A DNA stretch of 36,510 bases from a virus (IMGVR_UViG_3300039208_000228:1-36510); one strand, 5' to 3'; positions 1 through 6,723 are shown, numbered from the stretch's first letter. Numbers and translations: made by a program. Notes: a model not told the origin generated them from the letters alone.

Positions 1-98
1 ATCAGATGTAGCAAGATTGGAGTTATGAATATGGAAGTACTATATATAGCGGTAATAGCACTGTTTGCTGGTTACTTTATATTACTGTTTATGGTGAA
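1..98. repeat. Terminal direct repeat, left copy (circular-assembly overlap)
   Basis: Bases 1-98 (atcagatgtagcaag...tttatggtgaa) are identical to 36412-36509. Confidence 0.97.
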
Positions 99-252
99 TG
101 GTTTAGTCAACAGGCTAACAAATGTTTATGAGGATTTGGCTAAGCTAGCAGAGCGGTTGGAAGAGTTTTCTAAAGTTACAGGTGTGACAATCGCAGAGTT
201 AAGAAATGACGTGAATGTGTTGTCAGCACTCTACGTCAAGAAAAAGAAATGA
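25..252 (+). CDS. Hypothetical membrane protein (N-terminal TM helix plus coiled coil)
   Basis: Hydrophobic stretch VLYIAVIALFAGYFILLFMV; ATGA overlaps with the upstream ORF (across the circular junction) and with the downstream ORF. Confidence 0.75.
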   Translation: MNMEVLYIAVIALFAGYFILLFMVNGLVNRLTNVYEDLAKLAERLEEFSKVTGVTIAELRNDVNVLSALYVKKKK

Positions 253-596
253 AGTGGCATAAGCCATATCGAGGAGCCAGAAATCTAGTTTATGGGGTTA
301 AGGGTGGTAAACATGTTAATCCTAAAGTCTTCTTGAGTTACAACAGCAATGATCTATCCGATATCTTCCCTACTATCTCAAAGCTAGAGTCACCAATAAG
401 GTTAGACTCGGAGCATCCTGAGACGGCTATCGTGCTGGTGGGAGACAAAGAGAATGGCAATCATAGGTTCTTAATTTATCGTGGTGATTGGCGGAGAGAG
501 TTGGCAAAGATTTATCCAGATATTAGTCGACTAAAGAAGCACTGGAGAAAGTACGGTGGTCACTTCTGGAGTGATGATTTGGAGAGTGATGACTAA
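249..596 (+). CDS. Hypothetical protein
   Basis: 115-aa ORF coupled to the upstream gene by an ATGA overlap. Confidence 0.7.
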   Translation: MKWHKPYRGARNLVYGVKGGKHVNPKVFLSYNSNDLSDIFPTISKLESPIRLDSEHPETAIVLVGDKENGNHRFLIYRGDWRRELAKIYPDISRLKKHWRKYGGHFWSDDLESDD

Positions 597-849
597 CGAC
601 AAGGCTGAGTTAAGAAAACAGTTTAACGATTTCTTATTAGATAAGTTTGTTGCAGAGGGAGATAAGGTTGGTGGTCAGACTCACAGGTGGGCATTTTGTT
701 TTGATTTTGGTAATACCGCTGTAAACGACTGTGCTTGTTGTTTGAATAGTGAAGAAATCGAGGGTTGTGGTTGTATTTGCCATAATCGTATTAGCCAGAT
801 TGTCGACTTTATCCCAAGCCAGAGAACAAGCTGCTTACCTAAAGGGTAA
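589..849 (+). CDS. Cys-rich hypothetical protein, possibly the N-terminal half of a frameshifted gene
   Basis: ATG at 589 follows GGAGAG and is in frame with track ORF 556..849; contains CACC...CGCICH. Confidence 0.55.
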   Translation: MTNDKAELRKQFNDFLLDKFVAEGDKVGGQTHRWAFCFDFGNTAVNDCACCLNSEEIEGCGCICHNRISQIVDFIPSQRTSCLPKG

Positions 850-1132
850 AGGGGTCAAAAACCTCCAGACGGACATATCGGAAAGCCTTGGGGTTATGAA
901 GTATATTGAGGTTCAGGATCAGGCAATGAAGCTTAAAGCCAAACAAGACCTCGCCAACGAGATTAAGAAGCGGTTAGACAAATTGGATCTCTTAGAACAA
1001 TACGCTTGTTATGATAGGCCGACAAAATGTGCCTGTTCTTATGATGAACACGATGCCAGGAGTGCAATTGGAACAGCTAGTAATTTGATAGACGACCTCC
1101 ACCAAGTACTAGAGGAGTTGGTGAATGAGTAA
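749..1132 (+). CDS. Hypothetical protein, start uncertain (possible continuation of the upstream ORF)
   Basis: 127-aa ORF overlapping the upstream ORF by 101 nt, with no clear SD; helical, charged C-terminal half. Confidence 0.55.
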   Translation: MKKSRVVVVFAIIVLARLSTLSQAREQAAYLKGKGVKNLQTDISESLGVMKYIEVQDQAMKLKAKQDLANEIKKRLDKLDLLEQYACYDRPTKCACSYDEHDARSAIGTASNLIDDLHQVLEELVNE

Positions 1133-1268
1133 AGATCCATTCTTGCCTTGTGATGTTTGCGAAGCTAATTGCTACTTAGTTCAATCTATCCTTTATAAGG
1201 ATAAACGAACCTGCGAAGACTGTGTGGAGAAGCTCGCAGATAAGATAGTTGACAGATTAAATGTATGA
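1125..1268 (+). CDS. Small CxxC-CxxC zinc-finger protein (47 aa, not in ORF track)
   Basis: MSKDPFLPCDVCEANC...RTCEDCVEKLADKIVDRLNV; preceded by GAGGAG; overlaps the upstream stop. Confidence 0.65.
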   Translation: MSKDPFLPCDVCEANCYLVQSILYKDKRTCEDCVEKLADKIVDRLNV

Positions 1269-1280
1269 ATTAGTATCAGT
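1249..1280 (+). promoter_or_regulatory. Sigma70-type promoter TTGACA-N16-TAGTAT(CAGT)
   Basis: TTGACA 1249-1254 and TAGTAT 1271-1276; the same architecture, including the following CAGT, recurs at 34842-34873. Confidence 0.75.
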
Positions 1281-1313
1281 GCACAGCGTTAGTTGAGGCA
1301 ACGTTTCCAAAGG

Positions 1314-1347
1314 ATTCCTGACCACCTCAACTGGTCGGGAATTTTTT
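1314..1347 (+). terminator. Intrinsic terminator in the leader of 1365..1637
   Basis: 11-bp stem ATTCCTGACCA/TGGTCGGGAAT, 7-nt loop CCTCAAC, T-tract 1342-1347. Confidence 0.75.
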
Positions 1348-1364
1348 GTTAAAGAAAGGAAATC

Positions 1365-1637
1365 ATGTTTGGGAAAAAGAAGGATAAAGGGCATGAGTTT
1401 GAGATTCTAATGACCCATATCTTCGCTCTAGCAATATTGATGGATATCACACCAAGACAATTGATGGATGCAGCAGACAAGGAGCGAGAGAGTCGCACTT
1501 TTGTTCGACAGATGAACGAGGTACTGGAAGAGAAAGCTTTGGCAAAAGAAGAGTTAACCGAAGACCAAGCGAAGAAGATTAAACAAATAAAGCAACTTAG
1601 ACAGCAAGCAGAAAACTTATTAAATGATTTAAAGTAA
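1365..1637 (+). CDS. Hypothetical coiled-coil protein
   Basis: 90-aa ORF with AAGGA SD; TAATG coupling to the next gene. Confidence 0.75.
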   Translation: MFGKKKDKGHEFEILMTHIFALAILMDITPRQLMDAADKERESRTFVRQMNEVLEEKALAKEELTEDQAKKIKQIKQLRQQAENLLNDLK

Positions 1638-1849
1638 TGGATAAGGATCTACTGCGAGCAAGATATGAGAGGGCGCTAAAGACTATCGAGCAGTTTGGTC
1701 CTGTAAGTGACGAGAAGCCGTCTGGTGAAGTAAATCGTATTGATCTGCTCCGATGGGTCTTAGATCACATAAAGATTCTTCACAAGGCAACTAAGAAGGA
1801 AATAGCCGAAGTAGCCGCAATCATTGAGCAATGTGAGAGGAGACAATGA
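1637..1849 (+). CDS. Hypothetical protein
   Basis: 70-aa ORF with start/stop overlaps on both sides. Confidence 0.7.
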   Translation: MDKDLLRARYERALKTIEQFGPVSDEKPSGEVNRIDLLRWVLDHIKILHKATKKEIAEVAAIIEQCERRQ

Positions 1850-2292
1850 AGGAAATAGTATTAAGCGATAAGCCAATTGAGTTGGGTAAACCAGCTGAGG
1901 TGGTGAAGTTCGCTTCGGTTCTCAAGCAGTTTATTGTTGATCAAAGTTTGTACACCAATATCCAAGGTAATAATTACGTCAATGTTGAAGGTTGGCAGTT
2001 TGCTGGTGCTTCAATGGGCATATTACCGTTTGTTCGGAAGCTCGAACGATTGGAAGGTCCAGACACAGCTTATCGATGTGAGGTAATTCTTAAGAAGGAC
2101 AAAGAAGTAGTGGGGAGTGGGGTGGCAATCTGTTCAACCAAAGAGCCAGGACGAGGGAACCAAGCAGAGTACATCATTGCTTCAATGGCTCAGACCCGAG
2201 CAATTGGCAAAGCTTACCGTAATACTTTAGCCTGGGTAATGAAGCTGGCAGGTTATGCACCAACACCCGCTGAAGAAATGACGGGAATATGA
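1846..2292 (+). CDS. Probable single-strand annealing (recombination) protein, Sak/Rad52-like
   Basis: Motifs YVNVEGWQ, VGSGVAICS, SMAQTRAIGKAYR and TPAEEM resemble phage SSAP-type proteins; early-region location; GAGGAG SD. Confidence 0.5.
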   Translation: MKEIVLSDKPIELGKPAEVVKFASVLKQFIVDQSLYTNIQGNNYVNVEGWQFAGASMGILPFVRKLERLEGPDTAYRCEVILKKDKEVVGSGVAICSTKEPGRGNQAEYIIASMAQTRAIGKAYRNTLAWVMKLAGYAPTPAEEMTGI

Positions 2293-2423
2293 GTTACGTA
2301 GACATTGCTTTAATTGTTTTGGGATTAAGTAATCTCACTTTAGTTTGGATTTGTTGGCGGATACTGAAGTTGGTTACTCCAACTCGGGCGAAGATGCATC
2401 GACCTCGTAAGATGAAGTGGTAA
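2289..2423 (+). CDS. Small single-TM protein with basic tail (44 aa, not in ORF track)
   Basis: MSYVDIALIVLGLSNLTLVWICWRILKLVTPTRAKMHRPRKMKW; ATGA overlap with the upstream stop. Confidence 0.6.
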   Translation: MSYVDIALIVLGLSNLTLVWICWRILKLVTPTRAKMHRPRKMKW

Positions 2424-2501
2424 CTTAAGTCAGAACACGAGAGGGTGATCTTGAGTGTGACCTCCGGATCGCTTTCTCTTGCTCCGATTTAAGGAGAGGT
2501 T

Positions 2502-2582
2502 ATGAGCTCGTTTACAATCCTATTGGTGGTGTGCATCTTGTACGTCACCTATCTAGTCTGTGAGGTAATAGAACACAAGTGA
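2502..2582 (+). CDS. Hydrophobic micropeptide (26 aa, not in ORF track)
   Basis: MSSFTILLVVCILYVTYLVCEVIEHK; strong SD AAGGAGAGG at 2491-2499. Confidence 0.5.
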   Translation: MSSFTILLVVCILYVTYLVCEVIEHK

Positions 2583-2672
2583 GAAACAACGGCAGAAATA
2601 GACTGAGAGCACGAGTACAACGACAACAGCGACAACGCCGAGAAGCAACGAGAGAGAGGAGGAAGCGGCCTG

Positions 2673-2846
2673 ATGGACATAAAGTGGTTCAAGAACAAGA
2701 ACCGCAAAACAGCACACTGCGCAAAGTGTATGGGACCTCTGTGTCTGACAACTGACATTCACGGACAAAACGAACAACTACTCTGTTTCCACTGTGAGGA
2801 AGCAATTGACTATATACGACAAGAAGAAGTCTTTACCCCAGCATAG
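2673..2846 (+). CDS. Small CxxC-CxxC zinc-finger protein (57 aa, not in ORF track)
   Basis: MDIKWFKNKNRKTAHCAKCMGPLC...LLCFHCEEAIDYIRQEEVFTPA; AGGAGG at 2657-2662; followed by a terminator. Confidence 0.7.
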   Translation: MDIKWFKNKNRKTAHCAKCMGPLCLTTDIHGQNEQLLCFHCEEAIDYIRQEEVFTPA

Positions 2847-2855
2847 GGGTATCTT

Positions 2856-2883
2856 GGGAGTTCCTAATTAGGACTCCCTTTTT
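2856..2883 (+). terminator. Intrinsic terminator ending the early operon
   Basis: GGGAG(T)TCCTA-AT-TAGGACTCCC hairpin followed by TTTTT; another hairpin TACCCC/GGGGTA at 2834-2851. Confidence 0.7.
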
Positions 2884-2893
2884 GATGTATAAT
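2874..2893 (+). promoter_or_regulatory. Putative promoter, -10 box TATAAT in motif CTCCCTTTTTGATGTATAAT
   Basis: Perfect TATAAT at 2888-2893 in an intergenic gap; near-copy CTCCTTTTTCTGTATAAT at 6082-6099; no clear -35. Confidence 0.55.
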
Positions 2894-2935
2894 TAATCAC
2901 GTGGGCATCAGGGGCAAACAATTTGTACTAAATGT

Positions 2936-2973
2936 AAACGCTCAAGCGACTCAGTTCGCCGGGGCGTTTTTTT
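2936..2973 (+). terminator. Terminator-like hairpin in the leader of the HATPase gene
   Basis: AAACGCTC/GGGCGTTT outer stem, GCGA/TCGC inner stem, T7 at 2967-2973. Confidence 0.6.
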
Positions 2974-3059
2974 GTTGCCTAGGGGCTAGGAGCCTAATCG
3001 ACCCCTCCTAACCCCTAGAGAGGGAGACCTCGCACATTAACAACCAGGAGGGACTAACT

Positions 3060-3599
3060 ATGCAGACTTCTATTGGTTTGCCGACTGACATTGCTATTCG
3101 CTTTGGGAGGGAATGGATTGCCAATCTCACTCAAAGCTTTGACGAGGCAGCTAAAGCTAATGTTCGACTGGTCTTCAGCGAACTGTTGGCGAACGCTGTT
3201 ACTGCTAACCAACGGGTAACCGATAAGGGAACCGTTTGGATCTGCTTTGCAACTTGTGGAGACCGTTGTGTCATTGTCGTTCAAGACGAAGGCATGGGCT
3301 TCACCAAGGAGTGGGGCAAGTTTAAGCCCGAACTATTTCTTACTAAGGAACCTGTTGACCCGATGAAGGAATCAGGTCGAGGCATCCTTATCTGTAGGAA
3401 TCATTGCGATGAACTGACATTCCGACGGCATGCCGAAGGGTGGTCGGTCCGAGCGATGTGGAGAAAAGCTGACTCAATCAAAGAGCCGTTGCCTTGGTTT
3501 GCCGAGGACGACGCTTTTGGTGAGGAGGTGAACGACTGTGAAGGACAGCTTATTCTTAGCGAGTCTGATTATTCTGACCGCATTTGGGCTGGCAGCTGA
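3060..3599 (+). CDS. RsbW/SpoIIAB-like anti-sigma factor / Ser kinase (HATPase_c, GHKL fold)
   Basis: N-box LVFSELLANAV, G1 box VQDEGMGF, G2 box ESGRGILI, then CDELTF; AGGAGG SD at 3046-3051. Confidence 0.8.
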   Translation: MQTSIGLPTDIAIRFGREWIANLTQSFDEAAKANVRLVFSELLANAVTANQRVTDKGTVWICFATCGDRCVIVVQDEGMGFTKEWGKFKPELFLTKEPVDPMKESGRGILICRNHCDELTFRRHAEGWSVRAMWRKADSIKEPLPWFAEDDAFGEEVNDCEGQLILSESDYSDRIWAGS

Positions 3600-3889
3600 T
3601 GGCTGGTGGCAAGAAAGAAAGGCAAAACGCCAGAAACGTAAGGCGGCTTCTAAGGAGGCGTCTACGACAACTGAGACAGGAGCTGAATCGACTGAATAAA
3701 CAACCGTGCCCCATATGTGGCAAATGCACGCAGCTAACCAAGCACCACACTCTGTGGCGTAAACGCAAATGGCGCAATCATCCGTTATATGACGTGCTGA
3801 TTCTCAAGATTTGTCGAGAATGCCATGACATGGTGCATGACCATTACCAAGAAACGAGGTTCAAGGAAGATGAGTTCGAAGGATTTTGA
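3599..3889 (+). CDS. HNH-type zinc-binding endonuclease
   Basis: CPICGK...TKHH...ICRECHDMVH; ATG 3599 overlaps the upstream TGA; basic N-terminal helix. Confidence 0.7.
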   Translation: MAGGKKERQNARNVRRLLRRRLRQLRQELNRLNKQPCPICGKCTQLTKHHTLWRKRKWRNHPLYDVLILKICRECHDMVHDHYQETRFKEDEFEGF

Positions 3890-4277
3890 TCACGTCACTT
3901 GCCCTCGTTGTGAGCGTAAGCTGGTTGTGATCAACATTTCTGCCCAACCAGACTACTTAGGAATGGTAGTTGGATTCTGTCCTGTGCACTTTATGGTGTT
4001 TTGCACCGAGCACATCGATGAAGACGACCCATTCGTGAAGCCGGCGAAGTTCAGGAAGACAATGCCGATCTCGGCTGACCTGACCTTCAAGACGTACGAG
4101 ACACTGCTACTTGCTAACGACCAGCTCATCTCATTTATAGATGCAGTTTGGGAGCGAGGAGGAGTAACCGACAGTTGTTTGCAACTAATTTATACGTTCA
4201 AGCGTCAACTAGTTTCTCTGAATGAGATCCTACGTCGACGCATGGACCATCTCAACAAGTACCGCAAGGAGGAATAA
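3870..4277 (+). CDS. Hypothetical protein with N-terminal zinc ribbon
   Basis: CPRC...CPVH...CTEH; probable ATG at 3870 within track ORF 3825..4277. Confidence 0.65.
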   Translation: MSSKDFDHVTCPRCERKLVVINISAQPDYLGMVVGFCPVHFMVFCTEHIDEDDPFVKPAKFRKTMPISADLTFKTYETLLLANDQLISFIDAVWERGGVTDSCLQLIYTFKRQLVSLNEILRRRMDHLNKYRKEE

Positions 4278-4278
4278 A

Positions 4279-5280
4279 TTGGCTAAACACTGGTCAAAGA
4301 AAGAAAAAACTCTACTGAAGGAGCTATGGCCTGCCACGCCGAGAGACCAGCTATTAGCTAAGTTTCCTGGTCGCAGCTATACCTCGCTTCGGAAAAAAGC
4401 AAAACGCATGGGTCTCAAAAAGACTCGTGGCGTTTCTGACGCACCTGCCACTGAAGAGGAGATGAAGAAGCGGTTGGAGAGTCTGGGTTACCAGTTCTTC
4501 AAACACGCTCCGATCACCGATCACGTGGTTAGTCTGGAGGACGGACGCTATGACGGCGAATGGGTAACGGTGGGAATTCTCTCCGATACTCACTTGGGCA
4601 GCAAGCACCAGCAGCTGACATACCTGCATGAGTTCTACAAACTTTGCGCTGACGAAGGGTGTAAGATCATGCTCCATGCCGGAGATATCTCTCAGGGCAT
4701 TAAGATGTTCAGAGGCTGGGAACAAGAAGCCTTTCTGCACGACTACGACTCGCAAGCAGATTATATCTGCGAGAAGTATCCCAAGATTCCCGGGGTTAAG
4801 ACGTATGTCATCCTTGGTAATCATGACGAGAGCTTTCTCAAGAATGGCGGTGGCAACATTTGTCGCTACATTGCCAATCAGCGAGACGACATTGTTCACA
4901 TCGGTGATTACGGCGCTTACGTCGATTTGCCGGGTGGACTGAGAACATATCTTCATCACGGAGCTGGGGGCTGCGCCTACGCCAGAAGTTACAAACTACA
5001 GAAGCAGATTGAGAACTTCTCGCCTGGCAAAAAGCCTAAGCTCATGGTGAGTGGGCATTACCATATTGCTGTGGTTTTGCCTGACTATAGGAACACATAC
5101 GCCATGCATCCCGGCTGTTTCCAAGGACAAGGCCTATTTCTTCGTAGATTGGGTCTGAGTCCAGACGTCGGCGGATTCATCGTTCGCTACAAGGTTAACC
5201 CTAATAGCAAGCGATTTGATCTGACCCGTATTCAACACGAGTGGGTGCCGTTCAGAAAAGAACTGGCGAATGACTACTAG
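4279..5280 (+). CDS. Calcineurin-like metallophosphoesterase with N-terminal Myb/HTH-like domain
   Basis: Motifs SDTHLG, AGDISQG, LGNHD, LHHG and SGHYH; N-terminus WSKKEKTLLKELW...PGRSYTSLRKKAKRMGL; TTG start at 4279 after AAGGAGGA. Confidence 0.85.
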   Translation: MAKHWSKKEKTLLKELWPATPRDQLLAKFPGRSYTSLRKKAKRMGLKKTRGVSDAPATEEEMKKRLESLGYQFFKHAPITDHVVSLEDGRYDGEWVTVGILSDTHLGSKHQQLTYLHEFYKLCADEGCKIMLHAGDISQGIKMFRGWEQEAFLHDYDSQADYICEKYPKIPGVKTYVILGNHDESFLKNGGGNICRYIANQRDDIVHIGDYGAYVDLPGGLRTYLHHGAGGCAYARSYKLQKQIENFSPGKKPKLMVSGHYHIAVVLPDYRNTYAMHPGCFQGQGLFLRRLGLSPDVGGFIVRYKVNPNSKRFDLTRIQHEWVPFRKELANDY

Positions 5281-5404
5281 TGTCTGTTACCGCTGCCTTG
5301 AGGCTAACTGCCTCTTGGTGGCGGCCCATCATCACTGGTCAGTAGCAATCTGTGCCGTCTGTAATAAGAAGGGGCTGTGCTGCTGGATTAAGGAGGACAA
5401 GTGA
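5270..5404 (+). CDS. Cys-rich micro-protein (44 aa, not in ORF track)
   Basis: MTTSVCYRCLEANC...ICAVCNKKGLCCWIKEDK; fills the gap and overlaps both neighbours. Confidence 0.55.
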   Translation: MTTSVCYRCLEANCLLVAAHHHWSVAICAVCNKKGLCCWIKEDK

Positions 5405-5520
5405 GCAGGGAAATCTGGGATAGAACTATGGGCTGGTATGAACTCCTGACCCAGATCCAAGAACAGGACGAGATCATGGATCTCAACGACTACGAGTACA
5501 TGAAGGAGGTCCTCGGTTGA
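5401..5520 (+). CDS. Acidic micro-protein (39 aa, not in ORF track)
   Basis: GTG start after AAGGAGG; MSREIWDRTMGWYELLTQIQEQDEIMDLNDYEYMKEVLG; GTGA and TTGA overlaps. Confidence 0.55.
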   Translation: MSREIWDRTMGWYELLTQIQEQDEIMDLNDYEYMKEVLG

Positions 5521-6014
5521 TTAGCGATGAGCGATTCAATAATTATGTTGAAGCCGCAGAGATGCGGACACAGAATCTTGAGATTCATCTTGAGAAGCTG
5601 TGGGATGTCACTATGGAGATGCGGGGGTTGCTTAAAGCTCACCTCAACGAGACAAGGGGAGGAGAGTGCAACACAGTGCCTAACCCCTTCAAAGGAAAAG
5701 TAATCTACGTCGCCGGTCCATTCACTGGTGATCTAGAGACCAACGTTGCTCAGGCTAAAGAAGTGGCCTGGCAGCTCTACCAAAAAGGGCATTGCCCTAT
5801 AGTCCCTCATACGAACTTCGACTTCGCCCCACCTACCATGGATGAGTGGCGAGGCGTGATCCGGATCTGCATGGCAATCCTCCACAGAGTGGATGCAATT
5901 TACATGCTACCGGGTTGGAAAGACTCAGTCGGAGCCGTTACCGAGTGGTACGTAGCCCATGCGCTATATCGCACGGTTTACTACAATCTCGGTGATGTGC
6001 CTGACGCTAAGTAA
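5517..6014 (+). CDS. DUF4406/DUF1937-like protein (nucleoside 2-deoxyribosyltransferase-like fold)
   Basis: VIYVAGPFTG...GHCPIVPH...DAIYMLPGWKDSVGAVTEWYVA; preceded by AAGGAGG. Confidence 0.75.
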   Translation: MISDERFNNYVEAAEMRTQNLEIHLEKLWDVTMEMRGLLKAHLNETRGGECNTVPNPFKGKVIYVAGPFTGDLETNVAQAKEVAWQLYQKGHCPIVPHTNFDFAPPTMDEWRGVIRICMAILHRVDAIYMLPGWKDSVGAVTEWYVAHALYRTVYYNLGDVPDAK

Positions 6015-6018
6015 AGAC

Positions 6019-6085
6019 GCTGGTGTAGTTCAGTGATAGAATACCTCAAAGAGGAGACGGCTGTTTGATTCAGCCCACCAGCTCC
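6019..6085 (+). ncRNA. tRNA-like element with a truncated anticodon arm (pseudo-tRNA or tRNA mimic)
   Basis: Acceptor GCTGGTG/CACCAGC, TA linker, D-arm GTTC-AGTGATA-GAAT, short arm CCTC-AAA-GAGG, variable AGAC, T-arm GGCTG-TTTGATT-CAGCC, then T-CC. Confidence 0.75.
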
Positions 6086-6099
6086 TTTTTCTGTATAAT
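6082..6099 (+). promoter_or_regulatory. Putative promoter, -10 box TATAAT (CHAP gene possibly leaderless)
   Basis: TATAAT at 6094-6099, 6 nt before ATG 6106; same context as 2874-2893. Confidence 0.5.
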
Positions 6100-6105
6100 A
6101 TAGGT

Positions 6106-6723
6106 ATGAGTATGCAGGAGGATGATCCACCGATACCTCTGAGACGCCGCTGGTGGATTTACCGTAAACTACTTAACTTGACTTGGAGGAGACCCCTCGA
6201 CGTCTTGATCATCGTAGTCACAATCCTTGCTTACCCAGCTCAAGTAGCTGCTACTGAGCCAGCGCCCGTTGTTAGTGATAGGAAACCGCCTGCTAAGGTG
6301 GCTTTTTTTGTTAAACCAATCATCACAACAACAGAGATGGGTAAACCGGAGAAAGAACTAATTGCCAAGCAAGAAGCAGCCAAGAGAAGAAGAATCGTAT
6401 CAGTACCAGTAGGTAGTGGTGGTTATTCATACGGTTATTGTACAGCCTACGCCTCAGCTAAACGCCCTGACTTACCAAAGAATCTTAGTCATGCTCGTTA
6501 TTGGGTGAATGGTGCCGCTGCTCAGGGCTATGCTACCGGCCATACGCCACAAGTTGGAGCAATCGTTCAAACCGCAGAGTCTGACTACGGACATGTTGCT
6601 TACGTTGAGGGGATAGAAGAAGGACATCTGATATTATCTGAACAGAACTATCGAGGCTGGGGAGTGGTCTCAACTAGGAAGTTACCGATTAATAGTGGAG
6701 TGATTCGTGGATACATATATTGA
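6106..6723 (+). CDS. Exported or membrane-anchored CHAP-domain peptidoglycan hydrolase
   Basis: C-terminal CHAP motifs YGYCTAY (Cys), TPQVGAIV, YGHVAYVE (His), LSEQNY and GYIY; signal-like segment VLIIVVTILAYPAQVAA. Confidence 0.85.
   Translation: MSMQEDDPPIPLRRRWWIYRKLLNLTWRRPLDVLIIVVTILAYPAQVAATEPAPVVSDRKPPAKVAFFVKPIITTTEMGKPEKELIAKQEAAKRRRIVSVPVGSGGYSYGYCTAYASAKRPDLPKNLSHARYWVNGAAAQGYATGHTPQVGAIVQTAESDYGHVAYVEGIEEGHLILSEQNYRGWGVVSTRKLPINSGVIRGYIY

Noticed and set aside
2502-2846. TGA recoding: ORFs 2502 and 2673 are in frame and separated by two TGA codons
   Set aside because: Many genes end in TGA with ATGA/GTGA coupling, long genes are intact under the standard code, and ORF 2673 has its own AGGAGG.
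2909-2950. c-di-GMP-I riboswitch resemblance (GGGCAAAC...ACGC..AAGC) in the HATPase leader
   Set aside because: The GNRA tetraloop, its receptor and the P1 pairing are not evident. An Infernal hit would be needed.
4354-4959. 201-aa minus-strand ORF
   Set aside because: Antisense shadow of the metallophosphoesterase with no motifs of its own.
6019-6085. Functional tRNA-Phe(AAA) or an attP tRNA fragment
   Set aside because: A 3-nt loop on a 4-bp stem cannot form a canonical anticodon loop. Both 5' and 3' halves are present and no integrase is recognisable.
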